From Lingula anatina (Eukaryota; Animalia; Brachiopoda): 64,000 nt of DNA. This document shows positions 1 through 13,000 of this stretch, one piece after another (the first letter of the stretch is position 1; each line of letters begins with the position of its first letter). A program made the position numbers and the translations under genes. Under the pieces are notes generated by a model. It made no database searches and had not been told where the DNA came from. It saw nothing but the letters and a program-made list of their open reading frames with translations. The stretch lies in contig CM120641.1 in the NCBI GenBank assembly GCA_051362555.1, positions 39,004,401 to 39,068,400 on the forward strand, written 5' to 3'.

Positions 1-2606
1 TGTACTCTCCAGCTTTAGCCCATGACATGCTCTGATCAAACACCTCCAAAGTTTCCAAAGATCTTGGATCTCTGGAAATAATATAAATGATTTTTTTTTT
101 TTGCATTTCTCTCCTCAATCACTGTACTGAATACTGTTAATATCACCAAGGAGTGATGTTCTGGTTTCAGAAGTTCTGTAAAAGAACTGCAAACACCAAT
201 CTTTATATTTCTGTAGAGCAGCGGCACTGACAGAAAATTGATGAAAAAGATATCAACTAAAACATTTACACTGCATGAACATATATGTATGAAATCTTAG
301 ACAAAATGCTGTATATTGATATTTTTGTGTTGAAACATTTATTCTGAAAAAAAATCTATATTTGTGAAACCTTAAAGTATTTATTTGGGGAAAAAAAGAA
401 AAAAACACACATGCACTGCATTTCATATTTTACCAAAATTTACCTGTAAGAAAAAAACTGGAACACCCCAGGTGTGTTACTTGTTGCTCCCCCTCCATAA
501 GCTCCACCTTTCTCTCTGAAAATAAATAAATGAATGACATAACTGATAACACCGTAAATGAACCATAATTACCCAGTTGTGTTCCTCTTCTTGGGATACC
601 ACAGTTTCCAAAACTTTTGCCAACCAACTGTCTCTTATAAAAAAATAAATCACTTCCATCACTTCTGTTAAGTAAGAATGAAAGAAAATGAACTAATGCA
701 GATTAACGAGCAATTAATTCCACACCAACAAAGTGGGCCTTATCATCCTCACCTGATTTCCCTGTGCAAATATTTGCTGGACATTAATTTGGCAAGTACC
801 TGTAATCTGAAAGAGAGGAAAACATGGCACTCTATAGAATAGTGATGGATGTATTTGTTCCTTTAATCATTTCTAAGTCTCTCGAGTATGCCCTCAGGTT
901 AAACATTGTCTTGAAATGGGAATGATATTTGACAGAAGACATTTGAGCTGCACACCTCCCCCCCTTCAGCTCAATATTTTTTGTTCCAAATAATTAGTGA
1001 CTATAACTTTTTAATCATAGATTTTAAAATATCATCAAAAAATCATATCCACCAATAACTGTATAACATCTATGTATGATTCTAAAAATCTCAAAAGTAA
1101 CAAGGCATTATAATCATGGCAATGCAGCAAAGTGTTGTGCAGCAAAGTGTTAAAAATATCTACTGTAGTATGTGTGAAGCAGTAAAAATGTACCATGTGC
1201 AACTACATATGTCTTACTTGGCAAAATCAGGGTGATTGAAAGGCACAGTAGGGACACTCTGCGCAGCAAAATTCACAGAGAATGGCAGTTCAAAGTGGTT
1301 CTTGTCAGGCTTGGCACTGAATATTGTGTCCTGTGAAAATATTGTAATAAGGTATATATTTTAAAAATACAAGTTCTAGTATTAACCTTTTCTTCTACTA
1401 AAAATATAACCTTTTTTAAGGAAAAAACATTGAAGGATATCTTTGTATGAGGTAATGGAGATGGGAAATGAAACTTTCTCAACCTTAAAACTATTGCAAT
1501 CAAAAGAATTATAATATCAAAGTAATAGTACAATAATGTTTGGCCTACAGCTAATTTTGCTTCATTGCAGGATGTCCATTATATCAGTCCTCTTATATCT
1601 TTAAAATAAATATCAGAAAATATACACGGTATGTATGTATTTCTATGCAGAGACTTCTATGCATGCCCACCTGAACAAGAATGTCATTGTCCCTTGTCTT
1701 ACTGAGCACAGGTAAAGATGTGAGGAAAGATTCTGTTGACATCATTACCTGGGCACTGGACTCTGGGCTTACATTGACAGCAACTCTAGAGGGTGAAATA
1801 AGTAGACATCATAAACAAAGTAAAGCATACATAAACATACACATCAATATTTATCCAAGAAGAATTAGTCATGATAGCAACCGACAGATGGTTAAAGAAT
1901 CCCTGAGCAGAATGCTTTGACAAAAATTAAAATAATATATACTGACAAGTAATTTATGACTAAGAATGATAACAATGGATACTTATGCATGTTACTTACC
2001 TAAGGTTGTTTTTGTCTAATACGTGATTTGCTATTCTGTTCAGATTGTCAACAACATGCTCCATATCTTCAAGCTCAGCCAGTCTCTTCATCATAGATAC
2101 CTGATGAACAAAGATTTGAAAATCTTCTATCTTATGACTTTTATTTCTTAAATCAAAAGCAATAAAATTCATATGCCAACATCAAATATGAAGTGGCTCA
2201 CCTAGCCTTAAAATGTTAATATTTTTCTACATGTTTACCTTTCATGACTTCTTAAAATGTTCATTGGTAAAAATAGTTCATTATATGCATTCTAATCAAA
2301 ATTAAAATATTTCAAATTTACTCAACAGACAACTGATGAATTGAAACTGTCAGTTAATAAGGCTATACCATATTAAACTATTGACAATCTCATAAAATAA
2401 AGCCTTGCTTTGGGCCACAATAATATAAATAAGTGTGCTAGATGTGTTACTGGTTCAAAGAAGAAGGATGTGCTAGAGGTGCTCTCACTGGACTTTAAGA
2501 TGATCTAAATGTGGTAAAACAGCTACAGTCTTCACACACAAAAACACATGACCCCAAGGAAAAACTGTATTCACTGGACATTAGTTTACACAACAGGAAA
2601 TGTGTT

Positions 2607-2687
<81 letters not shown>

Positions 2688-5600
2688 CAAAATATTAATC
2701 AGAAAAACAAAAATGCAGACTCACCTGTGTTATTCCTGACAAAGTCTCTGTGAGTCTGGTGGAAGGCAACAGAGAACTGCTGGCATGCTGCATGGCATAG
2801 GAATGACCAGAATGGACCAAACCATTGGCCATGTTAGCTGCCTCCATACGGATAAGTGTAATCAGATGGTTGGTGTCTTGCAAGTTCAATCTGCAACATA
2901 AATTATGGCATTTTCATTCAAATAAGTGATGCATTAAAATTTCAAAAAAAAAAAAATGTATTACAGTAACAGCTGTAAATATGAAAATAAGGAACATGCT
3001 AAATTGCTGATAACAAAAAAAGGATTTGAGCAATTCTTAACTGAAGTTTCAAGTTTCATTAGAATTTGTACAGTTTTTGCCAACCAGATTTTTGACCATA
3101 GAAAATAAAATTGAAATGTTGATCTGTCTTTTTAGCTTATGGTGAAAGTGCAATGCTTTGATTAAAAACTTGAAAGTACTCATGGGCCCCGGTCACAATC
3201 TTAATAGCATCATTACTTTCTATACAAAGCTGTTTTCCAGACAAACAAACATATTCCCCTTTGGTGTGAGACCACATCCAACACACATTATACCTCCCAA
3301 AAATAATTGTCAATGATTTATTACAGATTTCTGGATTGATTTGAGACCTATTAAATTAATTGGCTTTGGTATTTCACTCATCCTTGAACTGTGTAAGTAC
3401 TCTTATTGCCCTCCGTCAACACCATTCTCATTTAAAATACACCTACTTCAACTGATTTATAAATATAATGACAACAGAAAGTAGCCCCATAAATCACCTT
3501 ATGTAATGAAATGTTGAAAATGTGCAAAATGAGTCTTCCTCTCTATTTAAACAATAATAACAAACTATAACTATACTCCTCCATCCCATTCACCTCCTTG
3601 TTTGAAGTATTATTAGTCTGTACATATTCTTTTCCGATATATAAAATTTGTTATGACATCAGTGTTTCATTCTTAAACTGCCATCTTGGTGCCCTTTTCC
3701 TTGGTATTAGAGACTTGTCAAACAACCCAACAAAGTATACAGAAAACAAGACATTAACAAACAAAGCAAGGATCATGTTTACTTTCAATTATGCCTTCAT
3801 AATGACTGACCTTTCAAAAAAGGAAATGCGCATTAGATAATGAACGCGATTTAATCTCACTTAGACATAAACATCAAAACATCGCTTTTCCTATGAAAAT
3901 GATTCTAAAGGATAAACATTTTACAACCAAATGAGTGTATACTATAAAATCACACAAAATACACACATTCCTTAAATAAAATACTGTCAGTGTAGAGGTC
4001 AGATTGACTGATGAATTAAAAACGACCTTGAACTTTACGACTGATAAAAAATTTATATGAACCACCCGAAAATTATCATCAGAATTAACATGTTTCAATA
4101 TTAACACCCACTGAGTGCTGAGGTAACCAGCATAGTGGTAAACTTTTAATACAGAAAAGGTACAGATAGAAAAAGTTGTCTAACATACAGCAACCTTTAA
4201 GCTTTGGCAGATTGAGAAGAAAACTTCATGCTGGGCTTAATTGGCGCTATTTGTGAGCTTCACGCAGATTCAATATTCGCAGCTCTAGCAAGAGTGTAAG
4301 CCATGAAAACACATTTTCCAATATACCAGAAAGCCTATTTTTACATCAAATCTATCAAAGTAGTTCCTTCTACTACATAAAATAGTCTCTATCGTGTCAG
4401 GTTCAATGAAAGTTTCGAATTAAAGAACTAACTTAACACCTTTACTTAATACATTTTGAACAATTTGGCATTCTTCATTGCTGTTTATATTACCCATTAA
4501 TAGCCAGTTGGTATAACTATTTTGAAAGCAATCTGGCTCCTGTGTTTACAGTTACTAGGACATATATTACTGAGTGCAGAGAACGCAAGCTCTGTTCTAG
4601 AGACATAGATCTGAGAAAATGTTTCTTTCACTGATACTTTTTATTATCTTTAACTCAAATATGCTGAGGCCTGCTGTGGGAAAAGATGAAATGCAATGCA
4701 AGATATTCTGTTCTAACACCAAAAAGAGGGAATACTTTCACAACTCAGCATTGGAATATTCACCCATACTAAACCTCCAAGGTAAGTGCAGTTACAGTAT
4801 GTTTTTCACAACTCCAGAAAATCAAAAAGAGAATCATGCTTTTTCACTTAAATTTGTAACCATGTGCAAATAGATCTGTTTTCTATAATTCATACATCAC
4901 AAAAGAAACAATGTTACATCTTATTATATGTATACACTGATTCACTGATTTTCTCAAAAAAAAAAAAAAAAAAAAAAAAAAAACATTGAAAAGTAAAGAA
5001 AAAACATGCACTTTTCCAATATGATCTACTTAAAACCCATTTTCACAACACAAGGGTGCATAATATTTATCTATTAACACAAGGTTTAATCTTAACATCC
5101 ATAGGCCCCTGCACACAAAGGACAGAATCAAAATGTACATTAGATTTTTTTTAAATTGCATCTTGCCTCTACTCACTTCTTAAAGTTTTTTTTTTATTTT
5201 ATCATTATGTTTTAGGATGGTCTCTGTTACATTCTGTTCTTGTTGAATTAGGTAGTTTATGGAAACATTCCAAAACAAAATATATTAACCAAATACATTT
5301 GCCATATTTTAATAAAATGACCAATTACATTGGAAATTCAACTGATTTTAATTTAGTGTAAATAAAAGAAATGAGCTCCGATTTTAGACCTTAAGGCAAT
5401 TTTGGAAACTGAAAAAAAAAAAAAAAAAAAAAAGACCACATACAGTATGCCATCTATGTTATCTATTCGACTTCACTGCAGGTATCCAAGGACCTAAAGG
5501 AGAAAAAGGCTTTTCAGGAGAACCAGGGCCTAAAGGAGACTATGGACCCAGGGGAATGCCAGGAGTGAAGGGGGACATGGGTTTACAAGGGTCACCTGGA

Positions 5601-6994
5601 TATCCTGGACATACTGGAATGACGGGTAACTATTATAGTATAATTCTACTGTGTAGTTCAGTGGCACAATTCACGAGATACAGGAACAGCAAATTCCACT
5701 CCTAATTGCATCTAATAGTATGCAATAGCTGTGGGGGAACCATGTTCGTGTATTAGTTTCAGAGATTGATAGCATGTTTACAATTTTGCAACATTTTTGG
5801 CCAAGATTTCACATTCCTGTTCATCCACAAGCAATTTTCATTTCCTTAATGCTTTTTCCCCATGCTTGTTTTTAAGAATGAATGTACATTTTTTCAAAAG
5901 ATGGGTTCTTTTCTTTTTATCAGGAATGTCTAACATTGTGATAAAAGAAACCCAAATCTCTTCAACAGTAATATAATACCCATGAGATGGATAAAACAGA
6001 ATCTCTTGATTTTTTTACTAACATAAAATAAGTACATATGTTCAAGTGTGACAAGAGTCCGAGTTATTTCAAAAGTGGCACAATGTTTACAAAATGCAAC
6101 AAGTTTGCCAATTCATAATTTTTATACATTAATATTTTTTAAAAATGATAATTTCCTCAGTATTCAACTTCAAGTACGAAAGAAACAAATGAAACATCTA
6201 TTAAAGTATCATCATCATGACATCAGAATTTCATGGTTAACTGAAAGGTTAAATGTGGCATATATGTTTTGCGACTTGTATAAATGGGCCCATTTACTTT
6301 TCTTGACCAGATTTGCCTTCTACAACAACAATGACCATTTTCTATTATAAACACAGGTCCACCTGGTCCCAGAGGATTGCCAGGCATAAAAGGAGAAAAA
6401 GGCGAGTCAAGTCTTCTGGGCGACAGTAGTGCCCTCTATAACATCCAAGCCACTCCAAAGTCTGCCTTCTTTTCAGTGCTCTCTCTGCCTCTCATTCAAA
6501 GGTTTGACAATGCAGATGTTGTGGTCAAGTTTGACAGAGTTCATGTAAATGAGGGACAAAACTACGACAAAGATACAGGGGTTTTCACATGCAAGCATCC
6601 TGGGATATACATCTTCCACTGTCACCTGTTGTCATTGCGAGAGTACATAGTTCATGCCAATATTGCTGTAAACGGACGTCCTGTGGCTTGGTTGTGGGCT
6701 GATGGGCGTGATGAGATGGAACACTTTACAGCCAGCAATACGATGCTTCAGAGGTTGAGTGAAGGGGATGTGGTGTATGTGAAGCTGATACGCAGCTCAA
6801 TTGGTGCTCAGGCCCTTCACAGCAGTTATTCTACATTTGGAGGTTATCTTCTCTATTCTGATCCTCCAGCTCAACATACGTAGTGATAGCAACCAGAATT
6901 TGAAACCCAAGCACAGCTACAAGTTTTCACCAAATCAATTTTAATATCAAGACAAGCCATAAGAGCAATTTGCACTAAGATTGCAATGAAAAAA

Positions 6995-7036
<42 letters not shown>

Positions 7037-10000
7037 GAGTTAATAATAAAAAGTAATATAAAGGTTCAATCACAAAAAACTTTTAAAATGGACAAAAGAG
7101 AAAGAATGAATTTTAGACCGAGCAGCCTTTTTTTCATTCTGTAATTAATTTTTGTAATCTAAACTTTAAGGCCTTTAAAACCAAGTCCCATGTTTATCAC
7201 GAGTAATCAAGTTAACATTTTATGCTTCAAGGGATAACTCTATCTGATATAATGAACAATACCTTGTTTTATTTTGCATGAAGCTTTGTAAAAACATATA
7301 TACACACACCTGCTTATCAGTTTTCTACAGGGACTCTTTAGCTGTTTATTTGTTATGTAATTTCTATATTAAAAGAAGTATTGGATCTATCTTTTCCATT
7401 CAATATTCTAGCATATCTTCAGAGCAGTTTCTTCCCAGATCTCCAAAGCCTTTAAAACCAAGTTGCTCCAAGAGTAACCAAGTTGAGACTGTATGCTTCA
7501 AGGGATAAACAATTCTTGGATATTGTTCAATGAAGCTATGTACAAATACACACATATGCAATTTTAGTTCAGTTCAAAGTATCTTCAATTTTCCTACCTA
7601 ATGGAATTTTTTTTTCTCTATTCACAATTTATTGCATGACCCAAACCCTGCACTTTTATCAATCAAATAATATAGCTCTAAATGTTTTCCACATATTTTG
7701 ACCACCATGACTTGTTGTACATATCATCAACTTCAAATACTTTTATTTCCATTTTTAAGGTCTGAGTTGGGAAAAATAAGGAATAGATATGTAGACATAG
7801 AAAATATGGCCTTGGGATATTTCAAATGCAGAAAGTATACCTTTAATGTTAAACAATAACTTACATATCACGCTAAGTTTTTCTGAAGGTAGCATGCTTC
7901 CTTGATTATGGTTGTGGAAGAATAAGAAGTCATAAAACAGGGCATTCACTCAGTTTAAAATTTTTTTTTTTTACCAAGTGTGGACCAACTTCATTGCTAA
8001 ATAAATCTCCCTTTTTGTTCCTTTGAACAGCAACATTATTCAGGGAACTGATTAAAGATGTTCAGATTCTTTGCCTTTTTTGTAATGAACTGCATAAAGG
8101 ATATAAAGAATGTTACAAAACATAATAAAACAAAAAGATCTTAGTTTACCTGTTGAATATTTCAGTCCACAACTCATACATGCTTTCAGTGTTCTTGTCC
8201 AAGCAATAGGAGGAAAATAGAATGCCCTGTAAGATATGGATAAAGCAGAAAATTTTAATTCAATTTTGTCACCTATTAATATCTCAAGTATTCAAAAATA
8301 AGAATAAAACCTATTTAACCATGAATCTTTTACTGGAATTACAATGTTGTCTAGCTGACAATGCTGTGTTTCCCTCTTGGAGGCTTCAGCCTGTCTCCAG
8401 CAAATACAAATAAACTATTTCAGTCCTGTTATGTAATCTGAGCAGAAGATATTAACTACCCTGTCCCAAGTTCCATGTTAACTTGACAAAATTTTACGTC
8501 CAGTATTTCATATAAAAAAATTATATTGTGTAATATATGACTGGTTGACTTACATACATATAGCACTGTTTAACCATGACTTATCTATACAAATATTACC
8601 AATTTTAGCATTTCATGTACTAAGCAATGGTCTCGGTAATAAAAAGTTTAAGCAATTTTTCACAGATATGGTCCAATATGACACTGGATCATACATGACA
8701 TGATGGATCACGTAAGAGACTGACCTGCTCATAACTGTAGATGTCACTTGGGTCACCTGTCACATGACTGCAGGCGTCCATACCCCCAGTCTTCAGACTC
8801 ATTTGCTGAGAGAGCTCCATGTAATCCATTGCACCAGCACCCATCCTAAAAAGAAATTTAAAATTTCAATATGTTTTCCACATGAAGCCACCCTGAGCTT
8901 CAGAGCTAACTTGACACTAACCTTTTCACTGTAGCCTATCTCCATCGTGTCAAGTAACCTCTGACCAGATTCGAGTGCCTCCGCCGCCCGCCAATCAAAT
9001 TTAAAGCCCGCACTCAATGACTCATTGAACGATCTAGCCAATGAACGCGAACGAGTCAAAGCGCGCTTTGTTCAAATCCGGACCAATCAAAGATAAGGCT
9101 GAATATCAGGGACTTGCCGTAACCTGTGGGCAGCACGCAAAATACATCATCCCTCAGTAGATAATAATGCAGGGCATCATACTGCTCTGGTTTCAATTCC
9201 GATATACTTCATGCTTTCTTTGTGTACGGTTATGCACTCGGAACCACTCGGAACTACTCGGATGTCTCCGCACTCGACAATAACTATGTTGTTAGTATGG
9301 AGCTTGCGGAATCAGCCGAGGATTGCCGATTGACGATCAACCAATCAGCGTTTTCACCAAACTTTGGTGAAAATTTTTGAAACATGGATTCGATTGGCTT
9401 ATATAAAATAGGTCAAACTATTTTCGTCAGAGGTTACTTGACACGATGGAGATAGGCTACAGTGAAAAGGTTAGTGTCAAGTTAGCTCTGAAGCTCAGGG
9501 TGCATGAAGCTGAAGAACACAATAAAAGAAAGACTATCTCTATTAGCAGTTCTTCATTTTAATTTATTCTTTCGCCTCTCTCTTTCAATCTTGCCTTACT
9601 TAGAGTACAACTAATTTTAAGGATTTCCATGCATATGTACTGATTTGAAATCAAACCTTCTAATGGTGATCTACCTTGTAACAATATTACAAAAGAGAGG
9701 TACATAAGGCTTCAATTCCTCTGATAGATGGGCCATGTTGGATACAGCACGAAAGTAGGTCACACCATTGGTGGGCTGCTCACAATACTGGACTGGTACC
9801 TCACCTAAGAAATATTTATATCATTAATAAAAATGCTAAAAAAAAACATAATTCTATAAAAAAATAATCTGAGATTGACAGTTGAAGAACAATGTTTTAA
9901 AATCAGACTGGGATTTATACCAATTAGCTCAAGATTCATGGGTAGTCTCTATAATAACATGACATGCCAAAAGAAACTTGATGAAAAACTTGTAAAAGAA

Positions 10001-13000
10001 ACTTTTCAAATAATGTGTGGTTAGAAAAAGTTGCTTACTTTGATAAACTTCATTAACAGCATAACGTTTAAGGTCTTCTTCGATATCAGAGATCTGTAGA
10101 GTGGGAAGGCACGATGCATCCACTGCTTTCATCTGTTCTGCTTTCAACTGCAGACCTATATTGATTGGATTAACTTTAAAATAACTGCTTATGATTGTAC
10201 AATATAAGTATCAAGCCAAAATATGTTTGTAAAATGAAAATTTGTGCTGCCAGCAGAAGCATAAAAAACGCCTACATGCATGAGAATAAGGCAGAACATA
10301 ATCATAGGGATTACAGTAGAACAATATTAAATTAACTGCAAATTTTCCTATCTTTCAAAAAGGGAAGAAAACAAGAAATCAGTTTTAAAATTATTCCACA
10401 AACCTTAAATCAGCATGGTTCCCATATTAAAAATGCAAAGACAGAAACACGATTGAAATCATCAAATTCAAATATATTTCCCACTCTTAATAACTTCCTA
10501 CCATTTTCATATATATCCTTTTTATCCTGTTCAGTTAAATTTGCCAACTTGTCTTCCAGTTTTTGTCTTTCTTGCATCTTTAACTGCTCGTCATACTTCT
10601 CATCTGGCTGCATAATGAGGGTCAGCCTGTGTGGATTGTCCTGAATAAAATTAATATCTAATTTTCATTTACATAGAAACAATAACGACATAACTGACAC
10701 AATAAGATATAACACTTGATATTATCCTAGAATTTCTATTTCATCTGAAAAGCTTTATATTCAAATGAGTTTTTTTTTTCTACTGGCACAATAACAGGAT
10801 GAGAATGTGTTTAACATTCATATATAGGCAAGACCGATAATGCATAGTGGTTGTATTATACTAACTCATGACTAGTTTACCTTAAAATACTGTTTGACCT
10901 TGTCTTGCAAAAAGCGTGGATTTTCCTTCATGCATTGCTTCAATCTGTCCATAAAGGCATTGATCTGAAGAGCTTCTGAAGGACTGCCACCATGATTCCA
11001 AAGGCAGCTTAGAGACTGAAAAATATTCAACATATAAAGAAAGAATTGTGTTAATTCATTATTTAAAATAAATCATAGTAATTTAAAAGTTTTAATTTAC
11101 TTGATGTTGACTGTAAAGCATAACTTAAAAGTTACACACCTCACCTCATATATAGATAAATAGCACCTGAATATATTTCACATCTCTTTAAACGTGTTTC
11201 ATCAACTGCAATTATCAAGTTATACAATGTAGCATACCACTGCCAAGTGGAGGCCAAAGTTGTCCGTCTGATGCTTCAGGCTCAACTCAATTTTATGCAG
11301 CAATGCTTCAACATTCTTGCTGTCAAAACCATCTCTGAAAATAAAAACCAAGCAAATTTACTTCTAAATGGGGATTTAAAGTTAAGAATAGTAGAAAAAA
11401 AGTTTTTGTGCATCCTTCTCTTATGTTTGCAGCACTCCTAATTACAATTTTATTACGCAAGTTAGAAAAGTATTAAGAGTCTATTTTTGGAAAAGACATA
11501 GGCTAGATGTATCATTCAGTTCTGGTCCACCTGTAGGAGGATAACAACCAAATCCTGGACCTTCAACATAGTGTGAACTAGTTTCAACAAACATTTAATC
11601 AATATTGTGCTAGTAAGAGATTCCACTTATATACTGGATTTATGCTTCAAATATATGAACAAGTCGGTATACTTGAAATATTTATAACTCACTTGATAAC
11701 TCTATCAATGGTGTCTTCAATAAGGTTCTTTACTCTCTCTATATCTTCACTTCTAATGTTTTGGAGACCCACCGAGAAGTAACCATTCCTGGTGTAGTTT
11801 GAACATCTGTAAATCAGAATTTTTTAAAAATTCAATCTTAACATCAAATGCAACTTTAAATATTATCAAGTTCAAAAAGTTTCCTTTAATCTCAACTGTA
11901 TTATTTCATATAATAAAATGGAACCCTATTCAACAATTATCTAGGATTTTAAATATAACAAGGGGGAAAGATAAGCCATTTAATACAATGATAATTAACT
12001 CTTACCCAGTCCCAGGTGAATAATCTGAACCTATGTTTGGCTCAATAAGAGCTTGGTAGAAAGGACAAGTTTCTCCATCCACAAGCAGAGAGCCAATGAA
12101 ACTCTGTGTATCTGCCTCAAACCTATCTGTGATGCTACAAAGGAGATGGAAAACTCAGTAAGATTTATTAACTGTGTCAAACTTTATCAATACACTCACA
12201 GTAAAGGTTCTTTTTTAAGAAAATTGAAATGAATATATCACTGACTTAATGTTATATGCTTGGGTAACTAATAACTACTGTGATATGACGGTAAATAATA
12301 TTTGGCAAAGTGAGCCAGCCTAATCCATCTTTCTTTCAGTCGAAAGAACAATAGGGGACTTTATGGTTGATTAAAAATGAATAACCAAAAGTAGTTCTAA
12401 TTGTTTCAATAATTCAGCTCTTTTCTCAATAATAACAAAGGAGAATTCTCTTTTTTATCAATGCTACTTACTCTCCCAGCATGAAGCTTACAGCTAGTGT
12501 GGTCTGCTTCTCAGGGTCTGCTGCCATCGGATCTGGCTTACATGTTATAGTGCATTCCCTCTGAAGAAAATGATCATCATTCAATTTCAATGAAACTCTG
12601 TTATCAGTTTAACTATGCAAGGAAGGTATCTTTTTTCAATAGTTACTTTACCCAAAACCCCAAAAAATGTTGTGCATTTATACATAAGTATATAGCTTTT
12701 ATGACCTCACCCTATTTTTACAAGAGTAACTTCTTTATATTTGGCAAATTTAACAACCACAACGTGGAAAAATGCTGTTAGTTAATTCTTGTTAAATGAC
12801 ATTGCTAAGTGATCTTTCTTGGGATATATAAACACAAGAAAACTGATGTAAGAAACGACTGTTTGCCTTACTGGAGTTTCCCACTGCTGCTCTAGAGGAA
12901 CTTCTGTGTTCGGGTTTATCTTTTTAAAATCTTTCAGCTCTTCAGCGATAAGTTTAAGGTGCATTTCAAGGGGGAAATCACCATAAGTGAAAAACCTTTA

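Noticed and set aside
2495-2753. ORFs with CVCVCV / HTHTHT runs
   Set aside because: They are translations of the (TC)n(CA)n microsatellite.
8799-9059. 86-aa minus-strand ORF
   Set aside because: It lies mostly in the MITE, shows no transposase motif and overlaps the PITRM1 exon out of frame.
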